DNA of 27,249 nt from contig JBFWOZ010000040.1 in NCBI GenBank assembly GCA_050250255.1, positions 1 to 27,249 of the forward strand, written 5' to 3'. Position 1 is the first letter of the stretch; the number at the start of each line of letters is the position of its first letter. Source of the DNA: Bdellovibrionales bacterium. Its GTDB lineage: Bacteria > Bdellovibrionota > Bdellovibrionia > Bdellovibrionales > DASUEL01. The notes beneath the pieces were generated by a model. That model was not told where the DNA came from and did not search any database. It saw nothing but the letters and a program-made list of their open reading frames with translations. Positions 25,987-27,249 of this stretch are shown piece after piece. Made by a program: the position numbers and the translations under genes.

Positions 25987-27108
25987 ATGTTGAAACAACT
26001 TTTTACTTTCAGTCTCACTTTTTCTCTTACAACTTCCACGAGTCACTCCATGGAGTTCATGCATGATGAGATCTTAGAAGCTCAAAATGCTCCCTTATCA
26101 AAGCCAGCCTCTTCCAGCATGGGCGCACTCTTTCTTAAGGGGGAAGTAGGTTCTAGACAAAAATTCAACAGAGCTAAATTAGCAAAATGTACGGTGGCCC
26201 TTAAAGACAATTCCTTCCAAGCTCAAAGAAGCAGTTGCGATGCTCACTTTTTTATCGACGTGAATGAAACTCTAGCTCTTGAGGCCGGCTTTTATATTCT
26301 TGGTTATGAAAATTCCATTTATCCAGGTTTTATTGAAATCAAAAGCGATGAAACACAAACTATTGAACTCATAAAAATCCAAGCCCCTACGAATTCTTCA
26401 GAAACACGAATCTACGTAGACTACGCACGCTTAGAGGAACAGAAAAAACTTTATTTTGTAGCGTGGACTTTAGGACATCAGATGTTTTTACAGTCTGAAT
26501 ATGAATTTGGTGATTTCTATCTTACAAGTTGGCCACAAAAACCTGCAGTTCCCAGGCTGAGTTATAATTATTGTCAAGGAAAAGGAACTCTCTCAGAAGA
26601 AGCCACTCATATCTGTCGCGCTTGGAATGGCGAAAGTTTTATGGACACGATTGACCTCTTTGATTTTGATGAGGATGCCCGCTACCACCAATTCGCTGTA
26701 GGTCGTCCAGGTGGAGTGTTTCGCTACAGTCAGATGAAACATTTAGTTTCGCCGCCATTACAAAGTGATGAGTTTGCGTATGTCCTTCCAGGAAAGTACC
26801 TGGTCGTCAGTACAGATAACAAAAATCGTAAAGCCTCGAAACGAATCACTGTAGGGGTAAGCCAAGAAAACTACGGAGCTCTTGCTCCCCCACAAATTTT
26901 GAAACGTATACAGAAACCTGAGCTTACTGTTCCTGAAACCGTATTAGAACAAAATCAATCCGAAGTTGCAGTACTGCCAGTAAATCCTTGCTCAAACGCA
27001 CGCATGTGGCGCACAGAAAAAAGAGCCTACTGCCGTGGCGATCAAGAAGAAGGCTGCAATCGTACCACGGCCTTAGCCTGCGAACGCCAAGTACCGTTTA
27101 ATTTTTAG
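25987..27108 (+). CDS. Hypothetical secreted protein with Cys-rich C-terminus
   Basis: 373-aa ORF 2 bp after the L,D-transpeptidase; signal-like N-terminus; four Cys in the tail after a Pro/Glu-rich linker. Confidence 0.7.
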   Translation: MLKQLFTFSLTFSLTTSTSHSMEFMHDEILEAQNAPLSKPASSSMGALFLKGEVGSRQKFNRAKLAKCTVALKDNSFQAQRSSCDAHFFIDVNETLALEAGFYILGYENSIYPGFIEIKSDETQTIELIKIQAPTNSSETRIYVDYARLEEQKKLYFVAWTLGHQMFLQSEYEFGDFYLTSWPQKPAVPRLSYNYCQGKGTLSEEATHICRAWNGESFMDTIDLFDFDEDARYHQFAVGRPGGVFRYSQMKHLVSPPLQSDEFAYVLPGKYLVVSTDNKNRKASKRITVGVSQENYGALAPPQILKRIQKPELTVPETVLEQNQSEVAVLPVNPCSNARMWRTEKRAYCRGDQEEGCNRTTALACERQVPFNF

Positions 27109-27124
27109 TGATTTTTTAAGTAAT

Positions 27125-27249
27125 TGAGCGTTCCGGCTCATAGGTTACATTTTGTACCGGACACATAGGTTACACTTTTGGCATAGGAGGAAAGTCTATG
27201 CCATGGAAGGAGTGTAGCGTCATGGATGAGAAGTTAAGATTTATCGCCC
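27125..27249 (+). mobile_element. Left end of an IS481-family insertion sequence (truncated by the window edge)
   Basis: Tandem CCGG-N2/3-CATAGGTTACA repeats (cores 27139-27149 and 27164-27174) precede a transposase start. The exact terminus is uncertain. Confidence 0.8.
27198..27249 (+). CDS. IS481-family transposase, N-terminal fragment
   Basis: RBS AGGAGG, then MPWKECSVMDEKLRFIA, the characteristic IS481-type N-terminus. Confidence 0.85.
   Translation, partial: MPWKECSVMDEKLRFIA

Noticed and set aside
177..26066. Numerous 60-130 aa ORFs nested in or antisense to larger genes
   Set aside because: Shadow ORFs of well-supported genes, with no recognisable motifs.
1..27249. CRISPR arrays, tRNA/rRNA genes, riboswitches
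   Set aside because: No regularly spaced direct repeats or recognisable structured-RNA signatures were seen by eye; a covariance-model search was not possible.

Overview
A 27 kb bacterial chromosomal window. A Bdellovibrionota/Oligoflexia-like origin is suggested by gene content only (PA14 lipoprotein, many secreted hypothetical proteins, DUF1501 cluster). The left third is a housekeeping run: yceD-rpmF-fabH-fabD-fabG-acpP-fabF-rpiB-glyA-surE-M23 peptidase, with no plsX. The most striking element is at 11.7-12.3 kb: a 180-aa FimB/FimE-like tyrosine recombinase gene with an intact catalytic set, tightly bracketed by a perfect 37-bp inverted repeat (11692-11728 / 12304-12340) with internal dyad symmetry. 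This is a candidate self-inverting recombinase switch. It lies between a divergent membrane-anchored HTH regulator (palindrome-rich intergenic region) and a secreted di-heme cytochrome c/DUF1501 operon. The rest carries bioY, a lipoprotein, a GT-C glycosyltransferase broken by two frameshifts, type III glutamine synthetase, a small conserved protein, a PA14 lipoprotein, a secreted CX5R phosphatase-like protein, an L,D-transpeptidase, a secreted hypothetical protein and the left end of an IS481-family element at the right edge. All family calls come from motif recognition by eye; no searches were run.
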